Shown here one piece after another: positions 16,727-25,022 of a DNA stretch of 29,017 bases. This DNA comes from an uncultured Anaerolineae bacterium (GTDB taxonomy: Bacteria; Chloroflexota; Anaerolineae; J036; Brachytrichaceae). Positions within the stretch are counted from its first letter, which is position 1, and each line of letters opens with the position of its first letter. The stretch lies in contig CAZPVX010000008.1 of assembly GCA_964590135.1 (NCBI GenBank), forward strand, positions 1 through 29,017. Direction: 5' to 3'. The translations under genes were made by a program, and so were the position numbers. The notes beneath the pieces were generated by a model that saw nothing but the letters and a program-made list of their open reading frames with translations, did no database searches and had not been told where the DNA came from.

Positions 16727-17704
16727 TCAACAAAGCACTTCGGGATTGATGGGGGTGAGCGCCGGCCTGCCGGTCAGCACATTCACGAGATTCTGCGCGG
16801 CGAGCATCGCCATCGCGGTGCGCGTCTTCAAGGTGGCGCTGCCCACGTGCGGCGTGCCGACGAAATTTGGCAGCGCAAACAGGGGGTTGTCCTTTGGCGT
16901 CGGCTCCACCTCGAACACGTCCAGACCGGCGGCCCACGGCCGGCCTCGCTTCAGCGCTTCCACCAGATCTGCCTCCTTCACCACCGCGCCGCGCGCCACG
17001 TTCACGAAGATCGACGTGTCCTTCATCAGCGCGAACTCGCGCGCGCCAAACATGCCGCGCGTCTCGCTTGTCAATGGCGCCGCCATCACCACGAAGTCGC
17101 TCTCACGCAGCAGATCATCGAAGGCGCGATATTCGGCATTTGCCGCGACTTCCAACTGCGGCGAGCGCCGGCGATTGTGATACAGCACGCGCATATTGAA
17201 CGCCATTGCGCGCCGCGCCACCGCTGCGCCAATGCGTCCCGCGCCGACAATGCCGATGGTTGCGCCGGCGACGTCCTGCCCCAGCATGTAGAACGGATGC
17301 CACGCGCCCCACTGGCCGGCCTCGATCATCCGTTGCCCCTCCACCAGCCGGCGCGCCGCAGCCATCAACAACGCCCAGGCGATGTCGGCGGTTGTCTCGG
17401 TCAGCACATCGGGAGTGTTCGTCGCCAGCACGCCACGCGCGGTGAGCGCCGGCACGTCGATGTTGTCGTAACCCACAGCCATGTTCGCCACCACCTTGCA
17501 ACGCGGCGCGGCTTCCAGGAATTCGGCGTTGATCTTCTCGCTCGGCATCACCAGCACGCCATCGCTTTGCGCGGCTTCCCGCAGGAACACGTCGCGCGGG
17601 GCAGCCATCAGGTCATCCCAGATGGCGTGATCGCAGGTCGACGCGATGAGGTCGATGGCCGGCTGGGGAATTTTGCGGGAGATGAAAACGCGTGGTTTTG
17701 CCAT
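16727..17704 (-). CDS. D-isomer-specific 2-hydroxyacid dehydrogenase (glyoxylate/hydroxypyruvate reductase family)
   Basis: NAD-binding 'GIVGAGRIGAAVARRAMAFNMRVLYHNRRR', and catalytic-region motifs 'LLRESDFVVMAAPLTSETRGMF' and 'VNVARGAVVKEADLVEAL'. Confidence 0.88.
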   Translation of the reverse strand: MAKPRVFISRKIPQPAIDLIASTCDHAIWDDLMAAPRDVFLREAAQSDGVLVMPSEKINAEFLEAAPRCKVVANMAVGYDNIDVPALTARGVLATNTPDVLTETTADIAWALLMAAARRLVEGQRMIEAGQWGAWHPFYMLGQDVAGATIGIVGAGRIGAAVARRAMAFNMRVLYHNRRRSPQLEVAANAEYRAFDDLLRESDFVVMAAPLTSETRGMFGAREFALMKDTSIFVNVARGAVVKEADLVEALKRGRPWAAGLDVFEVEPTPKDNPLFALPNFVGTPHVGSATLKTRTAMAMLAAQNLVNVLTGRPALTPINPEVLC

Positions 17705-17731
17705 GATACGCCGGCAGTGTAGCGCAGCTTG

Positions 17732-18778
17732 TCACGGTCTGCTCACACTTGGCGCATACACCCAATGCGTTGGCGTGAACACGACACTGCTGCGAATCTG
17801 GCCGCTGTCGCTGCTCAGCATCAACGACGACACATCGACCGCCTCGAAGTCCGCGCCTTTCAAGGTGCGAAACGCGCTCACGAGCATGTCGTCGTCCCAC
17901 AGCGGATTGTGTTCGCCGCCGATGTACCAGTTGCTGCCGTTGTCGGCCAGAATGATGCCGTAACGCTTGAACGCGGTGAAGACGACCTGGATGTCCTGCG
18001 GATAGCCCGACAGGTTTTTTGACGCTTTCAGACGAAAACGCTGCCCCATCGCCGGCACATTCGGATCGGTGATGGAAGAGGCGAAGTGACGCGCCGGCCA
18101 CACGAATGCGCGTTGCGTCTGTGCCGCGGTGAAGCGAATGGCATGCGCGATCTCGCCGGCTTTCACCTCGTCGTAGCGAATGAGGCCAGGCAACATCGGC
18201 AGGCCGGCGGCATCGGCGCTCGTCCACCCGGCCGGCCGCAGCGCGTGCGATCTCAAGTCGTAGATCGCGCTCGAATCCACCTGCCACTGCGCATCGTCGA
18301 TCTTGAAAGCGCGATACAACTCGTAGAGTTTGCACTCACCCTGCTTCAGCACCAGCACGTGCCGGTCGCCGGCGGCATTTGCGCCGCCCTCCACTGGTGC
18401 ATTGGGCGGAATGGGCATCGGCCCCTTGTCACTTTCATTGGGAAAACCATCTGGCCCGAAGGTGACATTTACGTTTGGCTGTGTCGCCGGCGCCACCACG
18501 AACGGGATGCCGATCGGCGCGCCCTGCCAGAACGTGCCGAAGTCGGGATGCAGCGCAGTGTTCATGCCGATGCTGTTGATGAACGCCGCTGAGCGCGGGT
18601 GCGCTGGCAGCGCGTCGATGCGCGCGTTCCAGATGTTGTCGGCGGGGAAGATGGGGCAGTTGGCGATCTGAGGTGAGGCAGTCACGCCGGCGTGTGCAGG
18701 TGCTGCTGCGCCGGCCAGGCACAGCGCGATGGCGCACGCGATGAGGATCGTCTTGTGCATGCGCAGAATCATGCGCAT
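17732..18778 (-). CDS. Secreted hypothetical protein (Sec signal peptide ...IACAIALCLAGAAAPAHA)
   Basis: The signal peptide has an AXA site. I recognise no family. The ORF track starts at TTG 18796; ATG starts lie at 18778, 18772 and 18760. Confidence 0.6.
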   Translation of the reverse strand: MRMILRMHKTILIACAIALCLAGAAAPAHAGVTASPQIANCPIFPADNIWNARIDALPAHPRSAAFINSIGMNTALHPDFGTFWQGAPIGIPFVVAPATQPNVNVTFGPDGFPNESDKGPMPIPPNAPVEGGANAAGDRHVLVLKQGECKLYELYRAFKIDDAQWQVDSSAIYDLRSHALRPAGWTSADAAGLPMLPGLIRYDEVKAGEIAHAIRFTAAQTQRAFVWPARHFASSITDPNVPAMGQRFRLKASKNLSGYPQDIQVVFTAFKRYGIILADNGSNWYIGGEHNPLWDDDMLVSAFRTLKGADFEAVDVSSLMLSSDSGQIRSSVVFTPTHWVYAPSVSRP

Positions 18779-18942
18779 GTGCTGGCAACGTTTCAATCAC
18801 GGGCGGGTAATCGTCGTGCAACTGCTTGATTGGGCTCCGGGTGGAAGTAGGCTATTCGTCAGACGCGCCGGCGCGCCTGTCCACCCTGGCTAACCCATCG
18901 GCGGATGCACGATGCGTTGGTTGTAGCTAGAATCTGTTTGCT

Positions 18943-19719
18943 ATGGCAGACAAACTCACTGTAACTGTGTGGCATGAGTATCGCCACGAAAAGACGCATA
19001 AGGAAGTTTCGGACATCTACCCCAAGGGCATGCACATCGCCATCGCCGATGGCCTGCGCGAAAATGGCATCACCGATGTCCGCACCGCCACGCTGGACGA
19101 GCCTGAACATGGCCTGACCGACGAAGTGCTGAAAACCACCGACGTGATGATCTGGTGGGGGCATATGGCGCATGGTGAAGTGAAGGACGAAATTGCGCAG
19201 AAAGTGGCCCAGCGCGTCCGCGACGGCATGGGGCTGATCGTGCTGCACTCCGGTCACTTCTCCAAGCCGTTCAAGATTCTGATGGGCACCGATTGCTCGC
19301 TGCGCTGGCGCGAGGCCAACGACAAAGAGCGCCTGTGGGTGGTGAACCCTGGTCACCCCATCGTGCAGGGGCTGCCGGATTACTTCGAGCTGCCGGCGGA
19401 AGAGATGTATGGCGAGCACTTCGGCATCCCCCAGCCCGACGAACTGGTCTTTATCAGCTGGTTCACTGGTGGCGAAGTGTTTCGCAGCGGCTGCTGCTGG
19501 CAACGCAACATGGGCAAAGTGTTCTACTTCCGCCCAGGCCACGAGACCTACCCGAGCTACTACGATGCAAACGTGCGCAAGGTCATCGCCAACGCCGCGC
19601 GCTGGGCTGCACCGACGCTCGTTTCAGCCTTCACGCGCAATGTCCGCGGCCCATCGAAACCGCTGGAAGATCTTGGCACTTCTGCGCTGACCAAAGATCC
19701 GTCACTGCACGGGCATTGA
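18943..19719 (+). CDS. thuA: ThuA-family protein (trehalose-utilisation ThuA-like, class-I glutamine-amidotransferase-like fold)
   Basis: '[13 protein letters not shown]...' plus '[13 protein letters not shown]', '[14 protein letters not shown]' and '[14 protein letters not shown]' are characteristic of ThuA. Confidence 0.8.
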   Translation: MADKLTVTVWHEYRHEKTHKEVSDIYPKGMHIAIADGLRENGITDVRTATLDEPEHGLTDEVLKTTDVMIWWGHMAHGEVKDEIAQKVAQRVRDGMGLIVLHSGHFSKPFKILMGTDCSLRWREANDKERLWVVNPGHPIVQGLPDYFELPAEEMYGEHFGIPQPDELVFISWFTGGEVFRSGCCWQRNMGKVFYFRPGHETYPSYYDANVRKVIANAARWAAPTLVSAFTRNVRGPSKPLEDLGTSALTKDPSLHGH

Positions 19720-19756
19720 GTCAGATGAACGGGTGAAAGGGTGATCGGGTGAGGGG

Positions 19757-20167
19757 ATGAATCATGACAAACACATGGCTGAAAAAATCAAGACCCATCG
19801 CGATCTTCAGGTTTACCAAAATGCATTCGAAGCTGCAATGCGCATCTTCGAATGCACTCGCTCCTTTCCCAAGGAAGAAACCTATTCACTGACAAGCCAA
19901 ATCGTGCGCTCGTCGCGATCGGTATGCGCGAATTTGACTGAAGCTTGGAGAAAACGAAGATATGAAGGCGCCTTTATCAGCAAACTTTCGGATGCAGAAA
20001 GTGAGGCTGCTGAGACGCAATCGTGGCTCGAATTTGCTGTGCGATGCAAATACATGGAATCCGAGATCGCCCGACCGCTATATATGGACTATGACGCAAT
20101 CCTGACGACTATTGTCGGCATGATCAACCATCCCGAAACGTGGGTTATGCCTACTGGTAGAAAATAG
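19757..20167 (+). CDS. Four-helix-bundle protein (TIGR02436 / '23S rRNA intervening-sequence protein' family; distant Avd-like fold)
   Basis: 'IKTHRDLQVYQNAFEAAMRIFECTRSFPKEETYSLTSQIVRSSRSVCANLTEAWRKRRYEGAFISKLSDAESEAAETQSWLEFA' matches the conserved family pattern (DL.vwq.a..l...iy..t..fp..e.y.l.sQirRAa.Si..NiaEG..r). Start is 19757, or 19775 (MAEK...). Confidence 0.8.
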   Translation: MNHDKHMAEKIKTHRDLQVYQNAFEAAMRIFECTRSFPKEETYSLTSQIVRSSRSVCANLTEAWRKRRYEGAFISKLSDAESEAAETQSWLEFAVRCKYMESEIARPLYMDYDAILTTIVGMINHPETWVMPTGRK

Positions 20168-20170
20168 CGC

Positions 20171-20199
20171 GAAGGGGTGATCTTGTGAATCACCCCTTC
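20171..20199 (-). terminator. Intrinsic terminator for the minus-strand BI-1/YccA gene: an 11-bp perfect stem GAAGGGGTGAT-CTTGTGA-ATCACCCCTTC followed on the minus transcript by GCGCUAUUUUCU. It is shared with the 3' end of the 4HB cassette.
   Basis: Read from the sequence. The U-tract is present on the minus-strand side only. Confidence 0.6.
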
Positions 20200-20224
20200 A
20201 CCTGTTCACCCGTTCAGGTTTGCG

Positions 20225-20953
20225 CTAGCGGCGATTGCCGAACAATCGCAGCAGCATCAGGAACAGGTTGATGAAGTCCAGATAAAGGGCGAGTGCGCCC
20301 AGCACGGCTGCCTTGCTCTTGATTTCCACCAGCTTCTCCTCGCCGTCCACAGTTTGCATCGCAAAACCATTCGCCATACGCTTGATGCGCTGGGTGTCAT
20401 ACGCCGTCAGCGCGACAAACACGACCACGCCAACGATGCTCACGATCCAGTACAGCGCGCTGCTGCGCAGAAAGATGTTGACGATGGAAGCGATGATGAT
20501 GCCGATCAGCGCCATGATGGCGATGTTGCCCACTTTGGTCAGATCGGTCTTGGTGACGAAGCCATAGACGCTGATGACAGCAAACATGCCGGCGGTGATG
20601 AAGAACACCGTCGCAATCGACTCTGCCGTGTAGACCAGAAACAGCGTCGAGAACGTCACGCCAGTCAGCGCGGCATACGCGATGAACAGGCCGGTGGCAA
20701 CGCCGCTGCTGAGCTTGTTCACGGCCAGGCTCAACACGAACACCACGCCCAGTTGCGCCAGCACGAGCAACAGCATGAATGGCCCGCTCATCAACTGCAT
20801 CATGAATGCTTCATTCGAGAACGTTGCAGTGGCAACGAGGCCGGTGATGCCCAGCGCAATCGCCATCCACGCATACACCTTGGTGATGAATGCGCGCTCG
20901 ACAGCCGGATCAGAAACAATCGGTTGGGATTGGGTAACGCCGTATGGATTCAT
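20225..20953 (-). CDS. Bax inhibitor-1 / YccA-family (TMBIM) membrane protein
   Basis: Seven hydrophobic segments and the family-typical 'FITKVYAWMAIALGITG' and 'AVLGALALYLDFINLFLMLLRLFG' regions. Start chosen at ATG 20953, which has AAGGAG 8 nt upstream; the ORF track starts at 20992. Confidence 0.82.
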   Translation of the reverse strand: MNPYGVTQSQPIVSDPAVERAFITKVYAWMAIALGITGLVATATFSNEAFMMQLMSGPFMLLLVLAQLGVVFVLSLAVNKLSSGVATGLFIAYAALTGVTFSTLFLVYTAESIATVFFITAGMFAVISVYGFVTKTDLTKVGNIAIMALIGIIIASIVNIFLRSSALYWIVSIVGVVVFVALTAYDTQRIKRMANGFAMQTVDGEEKLVEIKSKAAVLGALALYLDFINLFLMLLRLFGNRR

Positions 20954-21027
20954 TGATTTTCTCCTTGCACAAGGACATCTTGTCCACTGCAATGGGCACA
21001 GTGTAGCGCGATTTGCTGAGCGCCGGC

Positions 21028-21681
21028 TTATGCCAGGCCATGCCGGCGCGCAATGTCAGCGGCCTGGGTGCGATTCTCCGCCTGCAATTTGCCAAGGATA
21101 TTCGAGACGTGATTCTTCACCGTGCCTTCGGTGATGTGCAACCGCTCGGCAATCTCACGGTTGCTGCTGCCCTGCGCCAGCAACACCAGCACTTCACGCT
21201 CGCGTTCCGAGAGGTCGAAGGGTAATGTGCCGCCGGCTGGCTTTTCGTCGCGCGCCGCCAATTCGCGCAATGCGCGCGAGGCAATTTCCGGCTGAATGAA
21301 CACATCGCCGGCATGCACGCGCCGAATCGTGTCGATCAATTGCTCGGCCGGCGCATCCTTCAGCAGGTAGCCCATCGCGCCGGCGCGGATGCTCTGAAAA
21401 ACGTAGTCGTCACGGTTGAACGTGGTCAGCACAATCACTTTTGCCGCCGGCCACGCCGCGCAAATAGCTTGCGTCGCCTCCACACCGCTCATGCGCGGCA
21501 TTTGCACGTCCGTCAGGATGACGGATGGGCGTAGGTGCAGCGCCTGCTGCACGCCCTCTTCGCCGTTGCTGGCCTCGCCGACCACGCGCAAATCCTCTTC
21601 CAGTTCCAGGATCGTCCGCAGACCTTGCCGCATCAACGTCTGGTCCTCGATGAGCAAGATGGTGATGTCACCGGTGCTCAT
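21028..21681 (-). CDS. NarL/LuxR-family response regulator (REC + HTH_LuxR), DesR/YvfU/LiaR-like
   Basis: REC domain 'ILLIEDQTLMRQGLRTIL...VILTDVQMPRMSGVEA' and LuxR HTH 'LSEREREVLVLLAQGSSNREIAERLHITEGTVKNHVSNILGKL'. ATG at 21679-21681 with GGAGAG upstream. The ORF track's upstream extension to 21795 is not supported. Confidence 0.9.
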   Translation of the reverse strand: MSTGDITILLIEDQTLMRQGLRTILELEEDLRVVGEASNGEEGVQQALHLRPSVILTDVQMPRMSGVEATQAICAAWPAAKVIVLTTFNRDDYVFQSIRAGAMGYLLKDAPAEQLIDTIRRVHAGDVFIQPEIASRALRELAARDEKPAGGTLPFDLSEREREVLVLLAQGSSNREIAERLHITEGTVKNHVSNILGKLQAENRTQAADIARRHGLA

Positions 21682-21800
21682 GGTCTCTCCTCGCGCAGCT
21701 GCGCCGTGGCTGCATCGCGCGGCGCCAGCCAGCGTTGCAGTCGCATGTTCGTTGGGTTGTCGATTCCATGAGATTCCATTCTGCGCGCCGCGCATTCACA

Positions 21801-23036
21801 TCAAATGAGCGGTATGCGCGCTTGCATGCGTGTGCCAATGACATTTTCGTCGATCTTCAGTTCGCCGCCCACGCCTTCGATGCGCTCCTGCATGCCGCGC
21901 AAGCCGAAGTGGCCGGCGCGGTTGAGTGCATCCACCGGCAATCCGATGCCGTCGTCAATCACGCGCAACGTCACGCCGGTTGCGTCGCAATCCACGCCTA
22001 CATCGGCATGGCGGGCGCGCGCGTGCTTCTCGATGTTGGTCAGCGCCTCCTGTGCCACGCTCCAGATCGCTTCAGCCACGGGCAGGCTAAGCGCATCAGC
22101 CTGCGGCGCGATGTTGCACGTCACTGTCACGCCACTGCGCTGGCTCATGGCAGCGCACATTTCCTGCACAGCCTGGCGAAGCGGCCGGCTGCCCAGTCCG
22201 GGGGCGCGCAGGCCGGCCAGCGAGCGCCGCAAGGCATCCATGCTCTCACGCGTCAGCGCCTTCATCTGATCCATCTGCGCCGCCGCGCGATCCGGGTCCT
22301 TCTTGTAGAGCCGCTGCGTCGCCTCCAGTTGCACGCTGAGCGCGACAAGGGCGTGGCCGAGATTGTCGTGCATGTCACGGGCGATGCGCTCGCGCTCCTT
22401 TAGTGCCGCCAACTCGCCTTCCCGCGCGCGGGCTGCATCCAGCTCATGATAGGCTGCCTGCAATTCCTGTATCAACACCTTGCGGCGCGCCCCAAATTCT
22501 GTCAATTTGCACATGAAGAAATAGTACGTCGATGCGAGAAGCGCGACAGGAAATCCAGCCAGCAAGCTGAAAGGATTGGCCATGATTGCCTGTGGGGTAA
22601 TCAATGACACGTAGAAGGAAAAGGTCATCACCCACAGGACGGCAAGGCCGGCCCACAGAGACAGCGCCAGGCTGAACACATGACCCAGATACATCCAGAA
22701 CAAATTTGTGCAGATGGGTTCAATGGCTTGCTGGATGAAAACCAGCGCCGGCGCAACCACGAAGCTGAGGATCAATCGATTCCGTTGGGGCGGCCAACAA
22801 TCGGTGAAGATGAATGTGCGCGCGTAGATGCCGGCTTGCATGAGCGTAAGCAGCACCAGCAGCGCATGCTGCGCGCCGAGCGCGTTGCGCATCGCAGCGG
22901 TATACAGCGCCAATCCCAGGTGAAGCGCCATCATCGAATAGGTGATGATGTGCCAGAAGACGGCAAAACGACCGAAGAAAATATCCTCTGGGTAAGGGTT
23001 TTCGCTCAACGCCGGCAACTGGTTTCGCTCGCTCAT
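21801..23036 (-). CDS. Sensor histidine kinase, HisKA_3 + HATPase_c, with a multi-TM (about 5-6 helices) N-terminal membrane sensor domain (DesK/YvfT-like)
   Basis: 'ERERIARDMHDNLGHALVALSVQLE' is the HisKA_3 H-box. The C-terminal portion is an ATPase domain. There is no periplasmic domain. Confidence 0.88.
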   Translation of the reverse strand: MSERNQLPALSENPYPEDIFFGRFAVFWHIITYSMMALHLGLALYTAAMRNALGAQHALLVLLTLMQAGIYARTFIFTDCWPPQRNRLILSFVVAPALVFIQQAIEPICTNLFWMYLGHVFSLALSLWAGLAVLWVMTFSFYVSLITPQAIMANPFSLLAGFPVALLASTYYFFMCKLTEFGARRKVLIQELQAAYHELDAARAREGELAALKERERIARDMHDNLGHALVALSVQLEATQRLYKKDPDRAAAQMDQMKALTRESMDALRRSLAGLRAPGLGSRPLRQAVQEMCAAMSQRSGVTVTCNIAPQADALSLPVAEAIWSVAQEALTNIEKHARARHADVGVDCDATGVTLRVIDDGIGLPVDALNRAGHFGLRGMQERIEGVGGELKIDENVIGTRMQARIPLI

Positions 23037-23051
23037 CGTTCAAATCATGTC

Positions 23052-23085
23052 GCCCAACCCCCTTCATCCAAGTCGGGGGTTGGGC
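23052..23085 (-). promoter_or_regulatory. GC-rich hairpin between the ABC-2 permease gene and the kinase gene: GCCCAACCCCC-N12-GGGGGTTGGGC, an 11-bp perfect stem, with only a weak U-tract downstream
   Basis: Read from the sequence (23052-23062 pairs with 23075-23085). It is a candidate partial terminator or mRNA stability element separating the transporter cistrons from the two-component cistrons. Confidence 0.35.
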
Positions 23086-23103
23086 AGAATGGTCGCTGCA
23101 ATG

Positions 23104-23853
23104 TTACTGCTTTGCTTCCCAACGAAAGAAGCGCGTGGCAAGCAAGCCGGCGATCACGGTATAGGTCACGACGAGCAGCACGTTGCGCAGCAAGTCGTTG
23201 CTGAGATGCCCATCCATCAGCGGAGTGCGCACCAGTTCACCCACCGCGTAGGCCGGCAGGAAGCGGGCCGGATTTTGCAGCCATTCAGGCAACATCTCGA
23301 ACGGCAGCACCAGGCCGGCGACGAACATTTGCAGAAAGTAGAACAGTTGCCCAACCACCAGCGCCGTATTCTGCTTCGGCGCAAGGCTGCTGATGCATTG
23401 CCCCAGCGCCACCGATACGATCACCGCAATCAAGATCATCGGCAGGCTGATGAGCAGGCCGTCGAGCGTGGTCGTCCATTGAAAGGCAACCCGGGCAAAT
23501 GCCATCACCAACACTGTCTGCATGAGGCACGCAACCAGGTTGACGACAACATAGGCGCTGAAAAGCATCGCCGGCGGGGTCGGGGTGGCTTGCAGCCGGC
23601 GCAGCACGCCACTTTCGCGCATCTGCATCATGAACGCCGAGCCGCCGATCATGCCGAACGACAGGATATTCAGCACCACCACGCCTGGCACCACCCAGGT
23701 CATGTAGTCGGCGTCGTTGATCACGCCGCTGCTGAACACCACCCGATAGATCACCAGCAAAAACACGGGAAATACGAGATTCCAGAAGAGCGTCTGCGGC
23801 TCCCGCGCATACGACAGGAACAGAGATCGTGACAAAATCCAAAAGCGTTTCAT
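23104..23853 (-). CDS. ABC-2 family transporter permease
   Basis: A ~250-aa six-TM ABC-2 permease pattern. Start chosen at ATG 23853 (MKRFWILSR..., with AAGGA upstream); the ORF track starts at 23901. Confidence 0.8.
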   Translation of the reverse strand: MKRFWILSRSLFLSYAREPQTLFWNLVFPVFLLVIYRVVFSSGVINDADYMTWVVPGVVVLNILSFGMIGGSAFMMQMRESGVLRRLQATPTPPAMLFSAYVVVNLVACLMQTVLVMAFARVAFQWTTTLDGLLISLPMILIAVIVSVALGQCISSLAPKQNTALVVGQLFYFLQMFVAGLVLPFEMLPEWLQNPARFLPAYAVGELVRTPLMDGHLSNDLLRNVLLVVTYTVIAGLLATRFFRWEAKQ

Positions 23854-23953
23854 GGGGAGTTCTATCCTTTCTGGCGCAAGGACACAGCGGCGAACGAGCA
23901 AATATCGGATTCATGCGCCGCTCGCCTTTTTATCTGCGGCCAGGGCTTTAAGA

Positions 23954-24898
23954 CTAGTTGAGTGAATAACCCGTCAGCTTGAGATATACGTCTTCAAGGT
24001 TGGGCTGGCGAATGGCGATGTCGCGCAGCGTGCGGCCATGTTTGGCCGCCAGCTCGTACAGCGCGTTCAATGTGGCAGTAGGCTGCGCTGTTTCAATCTC
24101 CAGGTTCCCGCCGGTGTAGCGCACTGCGGCGGCGCCGGCCAATAGCCGCACCTGCTCAAGCGGCAACTCAATCGTCCCTTTCAGCATCGGGTTGATGCCC
24201 ATGCCGGCGACCAACTGCTGCGGCGTGTCACATGCGACCACTCGCCCACGATCCATGATGGCCACCCGCCCGCACAGCGATTCGGCTTCGTCCATGCTGT
24301 GCGTGGTCAACACCACCGTGCGGCCCTGCTCTTTGAATTCACGGATCATTGCCCACACAGCGCGCCGCGCGCCGGGGTCCAGCGCTTCCGTCGGCTCATC
24401 GAGCAGCACGATGGCGGGATCAGTTGACACGGCGATGGCAAGTGACAATCGCTGCTGCTGGCCGCCTGACATTTGTCGCGCCAGTTTGTTTGCCTGGTCG
24501 ACCAGGTCGAAGCGCTTGAGCAGGGAATGGATTTGCTCGCGAGTGAGGAAGGTGTCGTAAAGCGCGGCATATGCTTCGATCAACTCCGCCGCCTTCAGCC
24601 CATCCATCAGCGCAGTGCGCTGCAATTGAACACCGAGCATGCGCTTGACTTGCGCATCATGCTTCATCACATCCAGGCCGGCCACAGCCACGCTGCCGGC
24701 ATCGGGTTGATGCAACCCTTGAATGCAGGATAGCAGGGTGGTCTTACCGGCGCCGTTTGGTCCAAGCAACCCAAAGATCTCTCCGCGCTTTACGCGCAGA
24801 TTCACATCGTTGAGCGCATTCACGCGCTGTCTGGCAGTCTTGTAGTGCGCGCTGATCTGGCTCACTTCAATTACGTTTTCAGTCGCTTTCTCATTCAT
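23954..24898 (-). CDS. ABC transporter ATP-binding protein (partner of the ABC-2 permease)
   Basis: Walker A 'GLLGPNGAGKTT', ABC signature 'LSGGQQQRLSLAIA', and Walker B 'VLLDEPTEALD'. AAGGAG lies 9 nt upstream of the ATG. Confidence 0.93.
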   Translation of the reverse strand: MNEKATENVIEVSQISAHYKTARQRVNALNDVNLRVKRGEIFGLLGPNGAGKTTLLSCIQGLHQPDAGSVAVAGLDVMKHDAQVKRMLGVQLQRTALMDGLKAAELIEAYAALYDTFLTREQIHSLLKRFDLVDQANKLARQMSGGQQQRLSLAIAVSTDPAIVLLDEPTEALDPGARRAVWAMIREFKEQGRTVVLTTHSMDEAESLCGRVAIMDRGRVVACDTPQQLVAGMGINPMLKGTIELPLEQVRLLAGAAAVRYTGGNLEIETAQPTATLNALYELAAKHGRTLRDIAIRQPNLEDVYLKLTGYSLN

Positions 24899-25022
24899 GA
24901 GCGTTATCTCCTTGTGTTGCCAAAGAGAATACGCAATGGATGACCGCCTTTGAAGTGTGAAAGGATCGATTGGGAGAGTGCAATCAGATAGATCGCACTA
25001 TGTCGAAAGTCATGTCGCTGCG

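Larger units (their letters stand above)
19726..20216 (+). mobile_element. IVS-like single-gene cassette of 491 bp. 12-bp perfect terminal inverted repeats (TGAACGGGTGAA at 19726-19737 / TTCACCCGTTCA at 20205-20216) bracket a low-GC four-helix-bundle protein gene. There are 3 tandem GGGTGAnn octamers at the left end and 3 inverted TCACCC copies plus one GGGTGA at the right end.
   Basis: Inverted repeats and hexamer repeats read from the sequence. Cassette GC is ~47% against ~64% in the flanks. The architecture is a terminal stem bracketing an S23p/4HB ORF. It sits in the thuA / BI-1 intergenic region. Confidence 0.5.

Noticed and set aside
18921-18933. TAGAAT -10-like hexamer 10 nt upstream of the thuA ATG (a leaderless-type promoter?)
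   Set aside because: No suitably spaced -35 element. It is too speculative to call.
19757-20167. Diversity-generating retroelement (because the 4HB protein is Avd-like)
   Set aside because: No reverse transcriptase ORF and no template/variable repeat pair is present in the window. A stand-alone IVS-type cassette fits better.
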